A stretch of 64,000 bases of DNA, taken from sequence record PQ471515.1, one strand, 5' to 3'. The translations under genes were made by a program, and so were the position numbers. Positions 18,020 to 26,430 of this stretch are shown one piece after another. Within the stretch, counting starts at the first letter, position 1. Each line of letters begins with the position of its first letter. The notes beneath the pieces are model-generated. The model saw only the letters and a program-made list of their open reading frames with translations, ran no database searches and was not told where the DNA came from.

Positions 18020-18604
18020 ATGCGTAATTATACTAAATTCATCCGTACCCTGTCAGAAATGGAAACTAACAAAGAGATCCTTTCAGCTTGTCGGTTAGCT
18101 GGACTGGAGATCATCGGGGCGGGATCTTCCCGTATAGTTTTCGCTTTAAATGATCGGTTAGTGATTAAGGTCGCCAATTGTGATGCGGGTGTAGAACAAA
18201 ATGAAACTGAATGTAAGGTATGGAATTTTTTAGACTATGACCGCCCTCAATTGAAACAGTACTTTGCTAAAGTGCATATGCATTTAAGCGATCCTGATAA
18301 TATGTTTATCGTTATGGATCGGTTGAGTACTGCAAGCAAAGGCAGTGTAAAGCACGTTAACGCGTGCAACGAATTAAAGTACAATATTAAACGTAATGCA
18401 ATTGAACGCCAGCACCGCTTTGCTGATGCACTACAACACGTTGATGATACACTGTCAACACTAACGATAAGAGATATCAGAAAACAGAATATCGGCCAGG
18501 ATCGCAACGGCCTTATTAAAGTACTTGATTACGGTTTAACCCGCAATATCTGGAATCAGTACTATAAAAAGCGGGATGTAAAAGCCGTAACTATAACACG
18601 ATAA
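18020..18604 (+). CDS. protein kinase-like (Ser/Thr kinase fold)
   Basis: GAGSSRIVF loop, VIK, alphaC Glu, DIRKQN catalytic loop, DYG. Confidence 0.85.
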   Translation: MRNYTKFIRTLSEMETNKEILSACRLAGLEIIGAGSSRIVFALNDRLVIKVANCDAGVEQNETECKVWNFLDYDRPQLKQYFAKVHMHLSDPDNMFIVMDRLSTASKGSVKHVNACNELKYNIKRNAIERQHRFADALQHVDDTLSTLTIRDIRKQNIGQDRNGLIKVLDYGLTRNIWNQYYKKRDVKAVTITR

Positions 18605-18622
18605 AAAAGATTAAAAAAGGGA

Positions 18623-18706
18623 TTGACTTCGGTCAGTCCCTTTTCTATTATATATTCATTGAGAGATAGCTCACTGACCCACAGGGTGCATAAATGTATC
18701 TATTAT
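18623..18706 (+). ncRNA. promoter-driven ORF-less CCCA-NN-GGGTGC element
   Basis: TTGACT-17-TATTAT; core 18677-18689. Confidence 0.6.
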
Positions 18707-18827
18707 ATAAGTATTCAGTACTGAAAACTATTTTTAAAAAAGTACTTGCATTGTACTTAGAATCAAGTATAATGTTTTATATCGAGAGGGGGAAATGGTT
18801 CTCCCTCAAAGAATAAGGAATAAAATC

Positions 18828-19049
18828 ATGACTACAATGACTTGCATTTACGCTTCCAATCTTCTGAATGATGCGGCCTTTAATGTTGATTCAGAATATC
18901 AATGTTATCGGGATGAAAATAAAAAAGTTTTTGTAGTTGATAATAATGGTTTCCATATTGAATTACAATCCGGTTTCACTGGTGTTGATGGTAAATCAGT
19001 GTGGGGCGTACAGGATGATAAAGGCACATATCATTTTAAACGTAATTAA
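18828..19049 (+). CDS. hypothetical early protein
   Basis: Promoter, hairpin, RBS. Confidence 0.8.
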   Translation: MTTMTCIYASNLLNDAAFNVDSEYQCYRDENKKVFVVDNNGFHIELQSGFTGVDGKSVWGVQDDKGTYHFKRN

Positions 19050-19135
19050 GTATTGACAAAGTATATCAGTACTGTATAATAGTTTACATCAAGGGGAGAA
19101 TAGTTCTCCCCACACCAATAAAAGGAAACAAAATT

Positions 19136-19408
19136 ATGTCCAGCTACTCCGCTACTATGATCATTAAAGATATGAACGGTAATCCTACTTCTGCTGGTGG
19201 ATCATTTGGAAACATTAATTTAGATGGTCGGTTATCCATGCAATCAGCCATCGATGCAGCGAAAGAAGTTTTTAAGAATGAATGTACTGTAAGTAAGCTG
19301 GATTATATGGGATTCGCTATCGAGAAAACTAATCGTTTTGTGAACTACAAAAATCCACTGATGATCGATACTAACCTGAAAGCAAACGAAGTGGAATACT
19401 TATTATGA
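19136..19408 (+). CDS. hypothetical early protein
   Basis: Promoter, hairpin, RBS. Confidence 0.85.
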   Translation: MSSYSATMIIKDMNGNPTSAGGSFGNINLDGRLSMQSAIDAAKEVFKNECTVSKLDYMGFAIEKTNRFVNYKNPLMIDTNLKANEVEYLL

Positions 19409-19596
19409 CAGTTGAAGAAGTTAAAAAAGTACTGGCAGTACTACGATATCATAATCATTGCAAGGTGAAGAATGATCCTGATTATGTTGATTCATCCCTG
19501 GAGGAAGACACCTTAAACGCGATAAGCCATATGCAAACATTAGCAAAGCGTATGACCGAAAAGAATAGGCCGGACTATATCGGAAATAAAATTTAA
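19405..19596 (+). CDS. hypothetical protein
   Basis: ATGA overlap. Confidence 0.75.
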   Translation: MTVEEVKKVLAVLRYHNHCKVKNDPDYVDSSLEEDTLNAISHMQTLAKRMTEKNRPDYIGNKI

Positions 19597-19683
19597 AAAG
19601 TACTTGCATTGTAGTTAGATTAACGTATAATGTTTTATATCGAGAGGGGGAAATGGTTTCCCCTCAAGTCCAGGAGATACACC

Positions 19684-19947
19684 ATGAACACTATCGAAAT
19701 CACTATCAATGCACACGTATACGACAACGTAGTACTGCAAACTACTATGACCGCTAATGATACCAGTACTTTGCGGAATACTGTTATTAGTGCCGTATGT
19801 GCTGCAATCGGTGATGTTGCCCTGGAAAATGCAGAACATATCAACAACGGTTTCACTATGTGCAAACGTGATAACGCAAAACATATCATCGTGGAAGGTT
19901 ACGGCGGTGTAGAATTTAATGTTTATATGAAAAAAGTACTTGCATAA
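19684..19947 (+). CDS. hypothetical early protein
   Basis: Promoter, AGGAG RBS; start at MNTIEI. Confidence 0.85.
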   Translation: MNTIEITINAHVYDNVVLQTTMTANDTSTLRNTVISAVCAAIGDVALENAEHINNGFTMCKRDNAKHIIVEGYGGVEFNVYMKKVLA

Positions 19948-20014
19948 TAACTAAAACAAAGTATAATGTTTTGCATAGGGGGAGATATCCTCCCCCACTA
20001 AAAGGAGTAATAAA

Positions 20015-20239
20015 ATGGCTAACTTTGATGAACTGATGCGGGAAGTAGCTAACCTGGCAGAAGAGAAGAAATCATTCGATTCTATCTATAACACCGCTCA
20101 CCGTGATTCAGTACTGGCATGTAACCAGGATCAAAAAGATGAACTAATCGCCACATATCATGAAGCATGGAAGTACTACCGACAATGGGAGAAAGAAGAA
20201 AGCGAGTCTACCATCGAAGGTATCAATAATCTAATCTAA
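20015..20239 (+). CDS. acidic hypothetical protein
   Basis: Promoter, hairpin, AGGAG RBS. Confidence 0.85.
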   Translation: MANFDELMREVANLAEEKKSFDSIYNTAHRDSVLACNQDQKDELIATYHEAWKYYRQWEKEESESTIEGINNLI

Positions 20240-20313
20240 AGTTTTATTTCAGTACTATTGACATAGCTTGATAGTACTGATGTAATAACTTTACTAACTA
20301 AAGGGGAAACATA

Positions 20314-20571
20314 ATGGAGCAGTTCACACAATATCGGGTAAATCCTCAAGCTATGGCCTACGTAGAAGACCATAAAACGTTACCAGTACTGCAACCAGTT
20401 AAAGGCCGTATCTATCGTGGCCTTGCCTGGGATACGGCCCAGGATGGATATAAAACCGTCGCCGTGGGGATGTATTGCGGGAATGGTGAATGGTTTGATC
20501 CTAGCAATCCGATTGCACTTGACAGTACTGAAAAAATGAAATGGGCCGACTACATCGAAGATATTTCATAA
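20314..20571 (+). CDS. hypothetical early protein
   Basis: Promoter and RBS. Confidence 0.85.
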   Translation: MEQFTQYRVNPQAMAYVEDHKTLPVLQPVKGRIYRGLAWDTAQDGYKTVAVGMYCGNGEWFDPSNPIALDSTEKMKWADYIEDIS

Positions 20572-20661
20572 AAACTATTTGACAGTACTAACCAGTAATG
20601 TATAATGTTTTACATAGAGCGGGGGAATAGTTCTCCCGCCAATAGTTTGGAGTTAAACATT

Positions 20662-20862
20662 ATGTCTATCGCTATCGCCCTGGTTGAAGTACTGAAAGAA
20701 GCTAAAGCCAACCTTATCGATGTACAGATTAAGGAATTGCAAAACGGCTTAATCGGCTGTACTTGTACCGCTGGTGGAGCGGCAGACTATCGAGAACACG
20801 AATCACTCGAATCACTGGTTCGGTATCTTACCATGATCGTTGATGATTGGAGAATCATCTAA
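20662..20862 (+). CDS. hypothetical early protein
   Basis: Promoter, GGAG RBS; start at MSIAIA. Confidence 0.8.
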   Translation: MSIAIALVEVLKEAKANLIDVQIKELQNGLIGCTCTAGGAADYREHESLESLVRYLTMIVDDWRII

Positions 20863-20885
20863 CAAAAAAAAGAATAAAAAAGGGA

Positions 20886-20960
20886 TTGACTCCGGTCAGT
20901 CCCTTTGCTATTATATACGCATAGACAAAAACTAGCCCACAGGGTGCATAGGTGTATCTA
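20886..20960 (+). ncRNA. promoter-driven ORF-less CCCA-NN-GGGTGC element
   Basis: TTGACT-17-TATTAT; core 20935-20947; Chi at 20994. Confidence 0.6.
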
Positions 20961-21109
20961 AAATATATAGTTAATAACGGTGAGTAACTATCTGCTGGTG
21001 GAGTGAAAACTATTAATAAAAAAACTATTGACAAAGTATATCAGTACTGCAATAATGTATCTCGTAGGGCGGCAATGGTGCGACGGCCCACAAAGTTAGG
21101 AGCTTCAAA

Positions 21110-21442
21110 ATGACTACTTCAATCGCTATCGTTAAAGCTTTCATCCGTACCAATGTTTCTTCTGTATTCATCGACGGACTGGATCGGGAAGTAGAATACT
21201 CAATCATTATCGCACAAACGGTAAACGGTGCTCGGTACATCCTGAATGATAGTGAAGCAAATCACTACTACTTCACTAAAGCCACTGGCTTTAAACGCAT
21301 CGATGCTGATGTAGTATACGCTAAGATGAATAAGCTGGTAGACAAGATTAACGCGAAAGGTACTATCGATTTACAGTACTGGACCGAAACCGATCCAGAA
21401 TATGGATCACACCGCTACCTGAATCCAGGTATCAAAATGTAA
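21110..21442 (+). CDS. hypothetical early protein
   Basis: Promoter, AGGAG RBS. Confidence 0.85.
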   Translation: MTTSIAIVKAFIRTNVSSVFIDGLDREVEYSIIIAQTVNGARYILNDSEANHYYFTKATGFKRIDADVVYAKMNKLVDKINAKGTIDLQYWTETDPEYGSHRYLNPGIKM

Positions 21443-21531
21443 AAAGTACTTGCATAGTACTTAGATTCATGTATAATGTTTTACATAGAGAGGGGGAAAT
21501 GGTTCTCCCTCCTAAATTAAGGAGTTTTATC

Positions 21532-21933
21532 ATGACCTTCTCAATCACTTCCTTCGCTGACGTTTTAGTACTGGCTCGGACTTTTGGTAAAGATGCACTG
21601 GAGTACGCTGTAAGTAATGGCACTATCCAACCGGAACAGTGCCGCATCATTGGAAACTGCAAACGTTGGGCGGTATCCAATACTATTGCACTGGAAAACT
21701 TCAACGATGGCAACAATGAATATTCTGTTGATGCAGTATTCGAAGCCGTAGACCTGGGCGGTATCTATAACACTAACCTGAATGATGTGCGTATCGTTCG
21801 CACGGGGTTCGGTGCTTATGATGTATCTATCCGTGAAGCTATGGACAATGGATACATTAGCAAGGACTTACTTGCTCACATCATGCAGCTATGGACGGAA
21901 CGTAACGAAGCACGCACTATCTTAGGGCTGTAA
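21532..21933 (+). CDS. hypothetical early protein
   Basis: Promoter, hairpin, AGGAG RBS. Confidence 0.85.
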   Translation: MTFSITSFADVLVLARTFGKDALEYAVSNGTIQPEQCRIIGNCKRWAVSNTIALENFNDGNNEYSVDAVFEAVDLGGIYNTNLNDVRIVRTGFGAYDVSIREAMDNGYISKDLLAHIMQLWTERNEARTILGL

Positions 21934-22001
21934 GCGTTACACATCACTAAACATCATAGGCCGCTCTCTAGCGGCCTTAACTATATCAGGAGGGCATACA
22001 T

Positions 22002-22211
22002 ATGTTCTATACAGTATATAGCGTTCTAGGCACTATTGCAGGCGTACATGATAACGTCGATAGTGCTATGCGTACAGTACTGCAACAGGTTCCACTAAAG
22101 CCTAAGACCATTAAGCAGATGACAGCACGACTAACCAGGGCGACGGCTGGCGTGGAAGTATGGCAGGACTATGGGGATACACAGATAATCGTAAGCGTAA
22201 CGAAGGATTAA
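22002..22211 (+). CDS. hypothetical protein
   Basis: AGGAGG RBS. Confidence 0.75.
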   Translation: MFYTVYSVLGTIAGVHDNVDSAMRTVLQQVPLKPKTIKQMTARLTRATAGVEVWQDYGDTQIIVSVTKD

Positions 22212-22235
22212 TGCGTAAAAGGATTTAGTACTGAA

Positions 22236-22318
22236 TCATAAAAAAGTCAAGGCATTTTTAAACTTCAGCGTTAAAAAAATGCATAGGTAATCCCTTGACT
22301 TTTATGAATAAAAAGGGA
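22236..22318. repeat. nested inverted repeat at the early-block boundary
   Basis: TCATAAAAAAGTCAAGG 22236-22252 vs CCTTGACTTTTATGA 22293-22307; inner GCATTTTTAAAC/GTTAAAAAAATGC. Confidence 0.7.
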
Positions 22319-22459
22319 TTGGACTATGGCAAAATGCGTAGGGGGCTAAAGGGCGGGTAACCTTAGCGACTTCGATAAAGGGGTATTACTTATAAAATGT
22401 TATTGACTTTTATATGAATCGTATATTATTGGATTGATATTATTTTTAATGGAGTCCCT

Positions 22460-22657
22460 ATGCGTATTTTAACTCAAGAAGAGCACAACCACACACTCAT
22501 ATCCAACATGGCATATATTCTACATATGTCACATATCCGTGGTATGGCATATAAGCGTGAATTGGTTATGAAACTTTTCATAGGAACTAACTATCAAGAA
22601 AAGTATATCGAACTATACTTACAAGAATTACGAAGGGACATAAAAGGAAGACGATGA
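22460..22657 (+). CDS. family B paralog
   Basis: FIGTNYQE. Confidence 0.9.
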   Translation: MRILTQEEHNHTLISNMAYILHMSHIRGMAYKRELVMKLFIGTNYQEKYIELYLQELRRDIKGRR

Positions 22658-22854
22658 AAATGCGTATTTTAAATAAAGAAGATTATCAAGAACTGTTACG
22701 TAAAAACATGGTAAAGATTTATAACACAGACACAAACTTAGAACGAATTGAGTTATACCTTTTGATTACATTGGGAACAAGCTATCAGGGAAGATGGGTG
22801 ATTCAATATATGGATGCATTGAAAAATGAAATATTATCCACGAGGAAACAATGA
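22654..22854 (+). CDS. family B paralog
   Basis: TLGTSYQG. Confidence 0.9.
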   Translation: MKMRILNKEDYQELLRKNMVKIYNTDTNLERIELYLLITLGTSYQGRWVIQYMDALKNEILSTRKQ

Positions 22855-23060
22855 AAACTATAACACGAACCCAATCATACGGTCTTATCTTGAGATACAT
22901 GGACTTAATGTTGGATATCAGAAAAGACCTTCCTAAAACTGCAATTGAAGTTGCAAGAGCAGAGATCCGCATGTTGGCTGTACTGAACACAAACCATCAG
23001 GAAGAGTATGTTGACGATTGGATTCGATTTTTAATAGAAGATATTAAGAGGAAACTATGA
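22851..23060 (+). CDS. family B paralog
   Basis: VLNTNHQE. Confidence 0.9.
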   Translation: MKTITRTQSYGLILRYMDLMLDIRKDLPKTAIEVARAEIRMLAVLNTNHQEEYVDDWIRFLIEDIKRKL

Positions 23061-23269
23061 TTTTTTTAACACCAGAAGAATATAAGATACGTTTTGTTTC
23101 TGTCCAGAATAAAATCTTAATTATATACAATTCAAATGCAGACCTTAACTTATCAAGGGTATTAGAAAAAGATTTACTTATGGGTGCATTTTTGGATACA
23201 GACTTTCAGGTGTATTATGTAGGGGAATACTTAATTGCACTCCAGAATTACATTAAGAGTAAACTATGA
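23057..23269 (+). CDS. family B paralog
   Basis: FLDTDFQV. Confidence 0.9.
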   Translation: MIFLTPEEYKIRFVSVQNKILIIYNSNADLNLSRVLEKDLLMGAFLDTDFQVYYVGEYLIALQNYIKSKL

Positions 23270-23478
23270 ATAGCATTAACTCAAATCTATATGCCGAACG
23301 CGTCGCTGCAAGACAACTTGAAATTCTCATAGTATATGAAGAGACTGATGATTTGAACTTAGCATTAGTATTGGAAAATGATATACTATTGGGTGCATTC
23401 CTCGGCACAGATTATCAGGAGCACTTCTTGAATGAGTATATAATTGCACTCCAGAAATACATTAAGAGCAAACTATGA
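23266..23478 (+). CDS. family B paralog
   Basis: FLGTDYQE. Confidence 0.9.
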   Translation: MNSINSNLYAERVAARQLEILIVYEETDDLNLALVLENDILLGAFLGTDYQEHFLNEYIIALQKYIKSKL

Positions 23479-23693
23479 AACATTTAAGTAATTACGAGAA
23501 GAATAAAATTATCGTTGCTGCAATAAACAAATATTTTACACTTCCTCACACAGAAGGTTTATGTGTAAGGGAACACAGGATAAACACCACCGATATACGC
23601 ATGATGGCTGTACTGGGGACGAACTTTCAGGAAGAGTATGTTGTTGCACACATAGTTGCCCTCACTGATTTAATAAGGGACAAATGCAAATGA
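23475..23693 (+). CDS. family B paralog
   Basis: VLGTNFQE. Confidence 0.9.
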   Translation: MKHLSNYEKNKIIVAAINKYFTLPHTEGLCVREHRINTTDIRMMAVLGTNFQEEYVVAHIVALTDLIRDKCK

Positions 23694-23908
23694 AAGACAT
23701 AAACACTCAAGAATATCTTAAACGATTAGAACAAGGGAAGAACTTTAGACTTCAAGTTTACGATGATGAATCACTAACATCCAATGAAAAGTATGTTATA
23801 CTAACAGACTCAACATTAATACCATTTGTAGGAACAAACTATCAGGAGGTTATGGTAGACAACCACATCACGGCCTTAAAATGTCATGTCAGGGATTTAG
23901 GTAAATGA
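23684..23908 (+). CDS. family B paralog
   Basis: FVGTNYQE. Confidence 0.9.
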   Translation: MQMKDINTQEYLKRLEQGKNFRLQVYDDESLTSNEKYVILTDSTLIPFVGTNYQEVMVDNHITALKCHVRDLGK

Positions 23909-24162
23909 AACACTTAACTGATGATGAATTTGAAACTATAATTCGTAAACTAACCCCCATCACAAGGATAGTCTACGGTGACCCCAGCCTTACATGGAAC
24001 CAAATGCGAGCTAAAGTTAATGAGCTATGGTTGCTGTACTTTATGGGGACTCAATATCAAGATAAGTTTTGCACAGAATATATCGAACAATTAACGAATG
24101 TTATACAGGATAAACTAGATGATTATTTGCTCACAAAACATGAAGACTTTATCAGGAGTTGA
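23905..24162 (+). CDS. family B paralog
   Basis: FMGTQYQD. Confidence 0.9.
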   Translation: MKHLTDDEFETIIRKLTPITRIVYGDPSLTWNQMRAKVNELWLLYFMGTQYQDKFCTEYIEQLTNVIQDKLDDYLLTKHEDFIRS

Positions 24163-24391
24163 GTATCAAACTGCCCTATTCTCTTTAATCCATACCCTTA
24201 GAAAAAACAATGCCTTACATGGTGCACCTGAAGTGGATGTTATCAACGGTGAACTTTATCTTATGAAATTCATTGGAACAAACTATCAAGATCTGTTCAT
24301 TCAACGATACTTATCAGCATTAAGAAACCAAATCCAATATAAAACCATCAAGGCCAAAAAAGAATGGAATAAACAATGCGACACAGACTAA
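24140..24391 (+). CDS. family B paralog
   Basis: FIGTNYQD; start at MKTLSG. Confidence 0.85.
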   Translation: MKTLSGVEYQTALFSLIHTLRKNNALHGAPEVDVINGELYLMKFIGTNYQDLFIQRYLSALRNQIQYKTIKAKKEWNKQCDTD

Positions 24392-24627
24392 ATCACAAAA
24401 TGTATTGTAAACTATTACAGACACTGGCACAGAAACACTATGACACGGTATCTGGAATATTACCCTATGATATCATGCGTTTACTTCACTGTGAGGCCGA
24501 GATGCTTGTACTGATGACTGGCACAGATAAAAACGCAATTGCCAAATCAATAGATATGTTCATCGAAGCACAATGTCAACACATTAGAACCGAGATATGG
24601 AGGCGAGAGAATGATAACCCTAAATGA
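24376..24627 (+). CDS. family B paralog (divergent)
   Basis: MTGTDKNA. Confidence 0.8.
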   Translation: MRHRLNHKMYCKLLQTLAQKHYDTVSGILPYDIMRLLHCEAEMLVLMTGTDKNAIAKSIDMFIEAQCQHIRTEIWRRENDNPK

Positions 24628-24826
24628 GTATCAGTATCATTGGAGGTTACAAGCTATAAGAAGGAAAGTTGTTAGTATTTCTTTAGACAAGTCTATTGCA
24701 CAAGAGGACAAATGTGTTATAATAGCTGAAATGAAGTTGGGTGCTTTCGTAGGAACAAACTATCAAAACATCTACACTGACGTATTGTTAAGTGCCTTAC
24801 GTAACAAGGTGATATCAAAAGAATGA
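24611..24826 (+). CDS. family B paralog
   Basis: FVGTNYQN. Confidence 0.9.
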   Translation: MITLNEYQYHWRLQAIRRKVVSISLDKSIAQEDKCVIIAEMKLGAFVGTNYQNIYTDVLLSALRNKVISKE

Positions 24827-25041
24827 GAAAATTACAAGGCTTTGAATACATCAGACTCCTGAAAACATGTGCCAACAGAAGAGTAAAGATTCAATCTGAT
24901 AAGAGCATCCCTGCCAACCTAAAACATGCAATGATAGCTGAACTCTATGCAGGGGCACTCATAGGGACAAACTATCAACAAATGTATATAGACATGTGGG
25001 TTGATGCATTAGTCAAGGAGATCCAAAGTAAATGCAAATGA
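24823..25041 (+). CDS. family B paralog
   Basis: LIGTNYQQ. Confidence 0.9.
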   Translation: MRKLQGFEYIRLLKTCANRRVKIQSDKSIPANLKHAMIAELYAGALIGTNYQQMYIDMWVDALVKEIQSKCK

Positions 25042-25250
25042 TTAATTTAAGTAAAGATGAATATTATGATCGTCTTGCAAAAACTTATCCAGCACGTAAC
25101 GCCGTTTATAATAGTAACATTATTGAACGCTCAAAGAAGTTGATTGTAGTGAATGAGATTAAGATGCTTTCAGTCTTAGGAACAAACTATCAAGAGAATG
25201 CTGTACTGTTGTTAATTGATGCCCTCCAGAGAGAGATACAAAGTAAATGA
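25032..25250 (+). CDS. family B paralog
   Basis: VLGTNYQE. Confidence 0.9.
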   Translation: MQMINLSKDEYYDRLAKTYPARNAVYNSNIIERSKKLIVVNEIKMLSVLGTNYQENAVLLLIDALQREIQSK

Positions 25251-25483
25251 TTAATTTATCTTTCCATGAATATCAAAAACGTTTAAATGCATCAAGGGAT
25301 ATAAGGATTCAAATCTTCAATAACAAAAAATTGAAACCTGACACCAGAAGAATCAAAATAATAGAAGCAGAGTTATGCAACTTCCTGGGGACGAACCATC
25401 AGGAAGGTAAGATAAAAAACTATCTTAGAGAACTAATGAATTGTATCGAAAATAAATGCGATGCTTTGGAGAATAAAAAATGA
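25247..25483 (+). CDS. family B paralog
   Basis: FLGTNHQE. Confidence 0.9.
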   Translation: MINLSFHEYQKRLNASRDIRIQIFNNKKLKPDTRRIKIIEAELCNFLGTNHQEGKIKNYLRELMNCIENKCDALENKK

Positions 25484-25737
25484 TCAATTTAAGTAAAGAT
25501 GAATATACCGAGCGTATGACAAAAATCTCACCTAAACGTAATGCAATCTATTACAGCCAAGAAATTCCACACAGTAAGAAGATGATTATGTATCGTGAGT
25601 TAAAGATGGGTATGTTCTTAGGAACAAACTATCAAGAACCAGAAGTAAATCGCTTAATAAATGAATTACTCATGGAAATCAGAGGTAAGCTGTACTTTCA
25701 TCAAATGACCCAGCCACTGAGGTGTACTAAGAAATGA
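25480..25737 (+). CDS. family B paralog
   Basis: FLGTNYQE. Confidence 0.9.
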   Translation: MINLSKDEYTERMTKISPKRNAIYYSQEIPHSKKMIMYRELKMGMFLGTNYQEPEVNRLINELLMEIRGKLYFHQMTQPLRCTKK

Positions 25738-25949
25738 TCAACATCACATTGCAAGAAAGATTCATCCGAATCAACTATGCAATTACCAAATTAGATGATA
25801 CTATAGGCAACCAAAGTTTACCGTTCAAAACAAGAATGATATTAGAGTGCGAAGCCAAGTTAGGTGTACTGTTAGGGACGCAACACCAACAACGATATGT
25901 GGAAATCTGGATTGATCTTTTAACCCAAAATGCACATGAGAGAATGTAA
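25734..25949 (+). CDS. family B paralog
   Basis: LLGTQHQQ. Confidence 0.9.
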   Translation: MINITLQERFIRINYAITKLDDTIGNQSLPFKTRMILECEAKLGVLLGTQHQQRYVEIWIDLLTQNAHERM

Positions 25950-26180
25950 ATGCAAAAGGAAATGATATACTTAACACATGATGAATTTCAAGAGAAGATG
26001 TTAAAAGCCAATAACATTACTCTTAAGTTCGTTCCAAATCAATCAATATATGAAATGTCTGCGAATGTATTGTTTCAGAAGCTACCATACGTTCTTGGAA
26101 CTGATAAACAAGAATTTATGGTTCAAAATATGATTGAGCATCTTGCAATGAGTATTATGGAAAAAGTAAATGCAAAATGA
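25950..26180 (+). CDS. family B paralog
   Basis: VLGTDKQE. Confidence 0.9.
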   Translation: MQKEMIYLTHDEFQEKMLKANNITLKFVPNQSIYEMSANVLFQKLPYVLGTDKQEFMVQNMIEHLAMSIMEKVNAK

Positions 26181-26430
26181 AATGATATACTTAACCTATA
26201 ATGAATACGTCGAGAGATTAGTTCGTGCCAAGAGATATACCAATAAACGTCCAATTGACCTAAACCAAACCCCAGCAGAAAGGAGTGCAGAAGTATTATT
26301 CCAATCACTACCATATCTTCTGGGAACTGATAGACAAGAGGAATATGTTGCACGTATGATTAGATATCTTAAAATCACTATTAAGGAAAAAGTAAATGCA
26401 AATGCAAATGAAATACTTAACAGACGATGA
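26170..26430 (+). CDS. family B paralog
   Basis: LLGTDRQE. Confidence 0.9.
   Translation: MQNEMIYLTYNEYVERLVRAKRYTNKRPIDLNQTPAERSAEVLFQSLPYLLGTDRQEEYVARMIRYLKITIKEKVNANANEILNRR

Larger units (their letters stand above)
1971..21001. other. cluster of Chi sites (GCTGGTGG)
   Basis: + strand at 1983, 8447, 13065, 14525, 15425, 17784, 19193, 20770, 20994; - strand at 1971, 8385. Confidence 0.8.
9080..21056 (+). promoter_or_regulatory. class-II promoters (17-bp spacer, often extended -10) in front of early genes
   Basis: -35 boxes at 9080, 9375, 9774, 12557, 16632, 17413, 17689, 17963, 20258, 21028. Confidence 0.75.
3036..21477 (+). promoter_or_regulatory. array of about 32 class-I early promoters (TTGCAA/TTGACA-16 bp-TATAAT-RNTTTACAT), most followed by a 5' stem-loop
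   Basis: -35 boxes at 3036,3496,4174,4737,4855,5539,6187,6655,6972,7685,8520,8839,10648,10877,11216,11808,12243,12828,13939,14356,14629,14927,15473,15589,15929,16200,18746,19053,19604,19940,20579,21450; A-tract upstream, G just before the -10. Confidence 0.9.
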
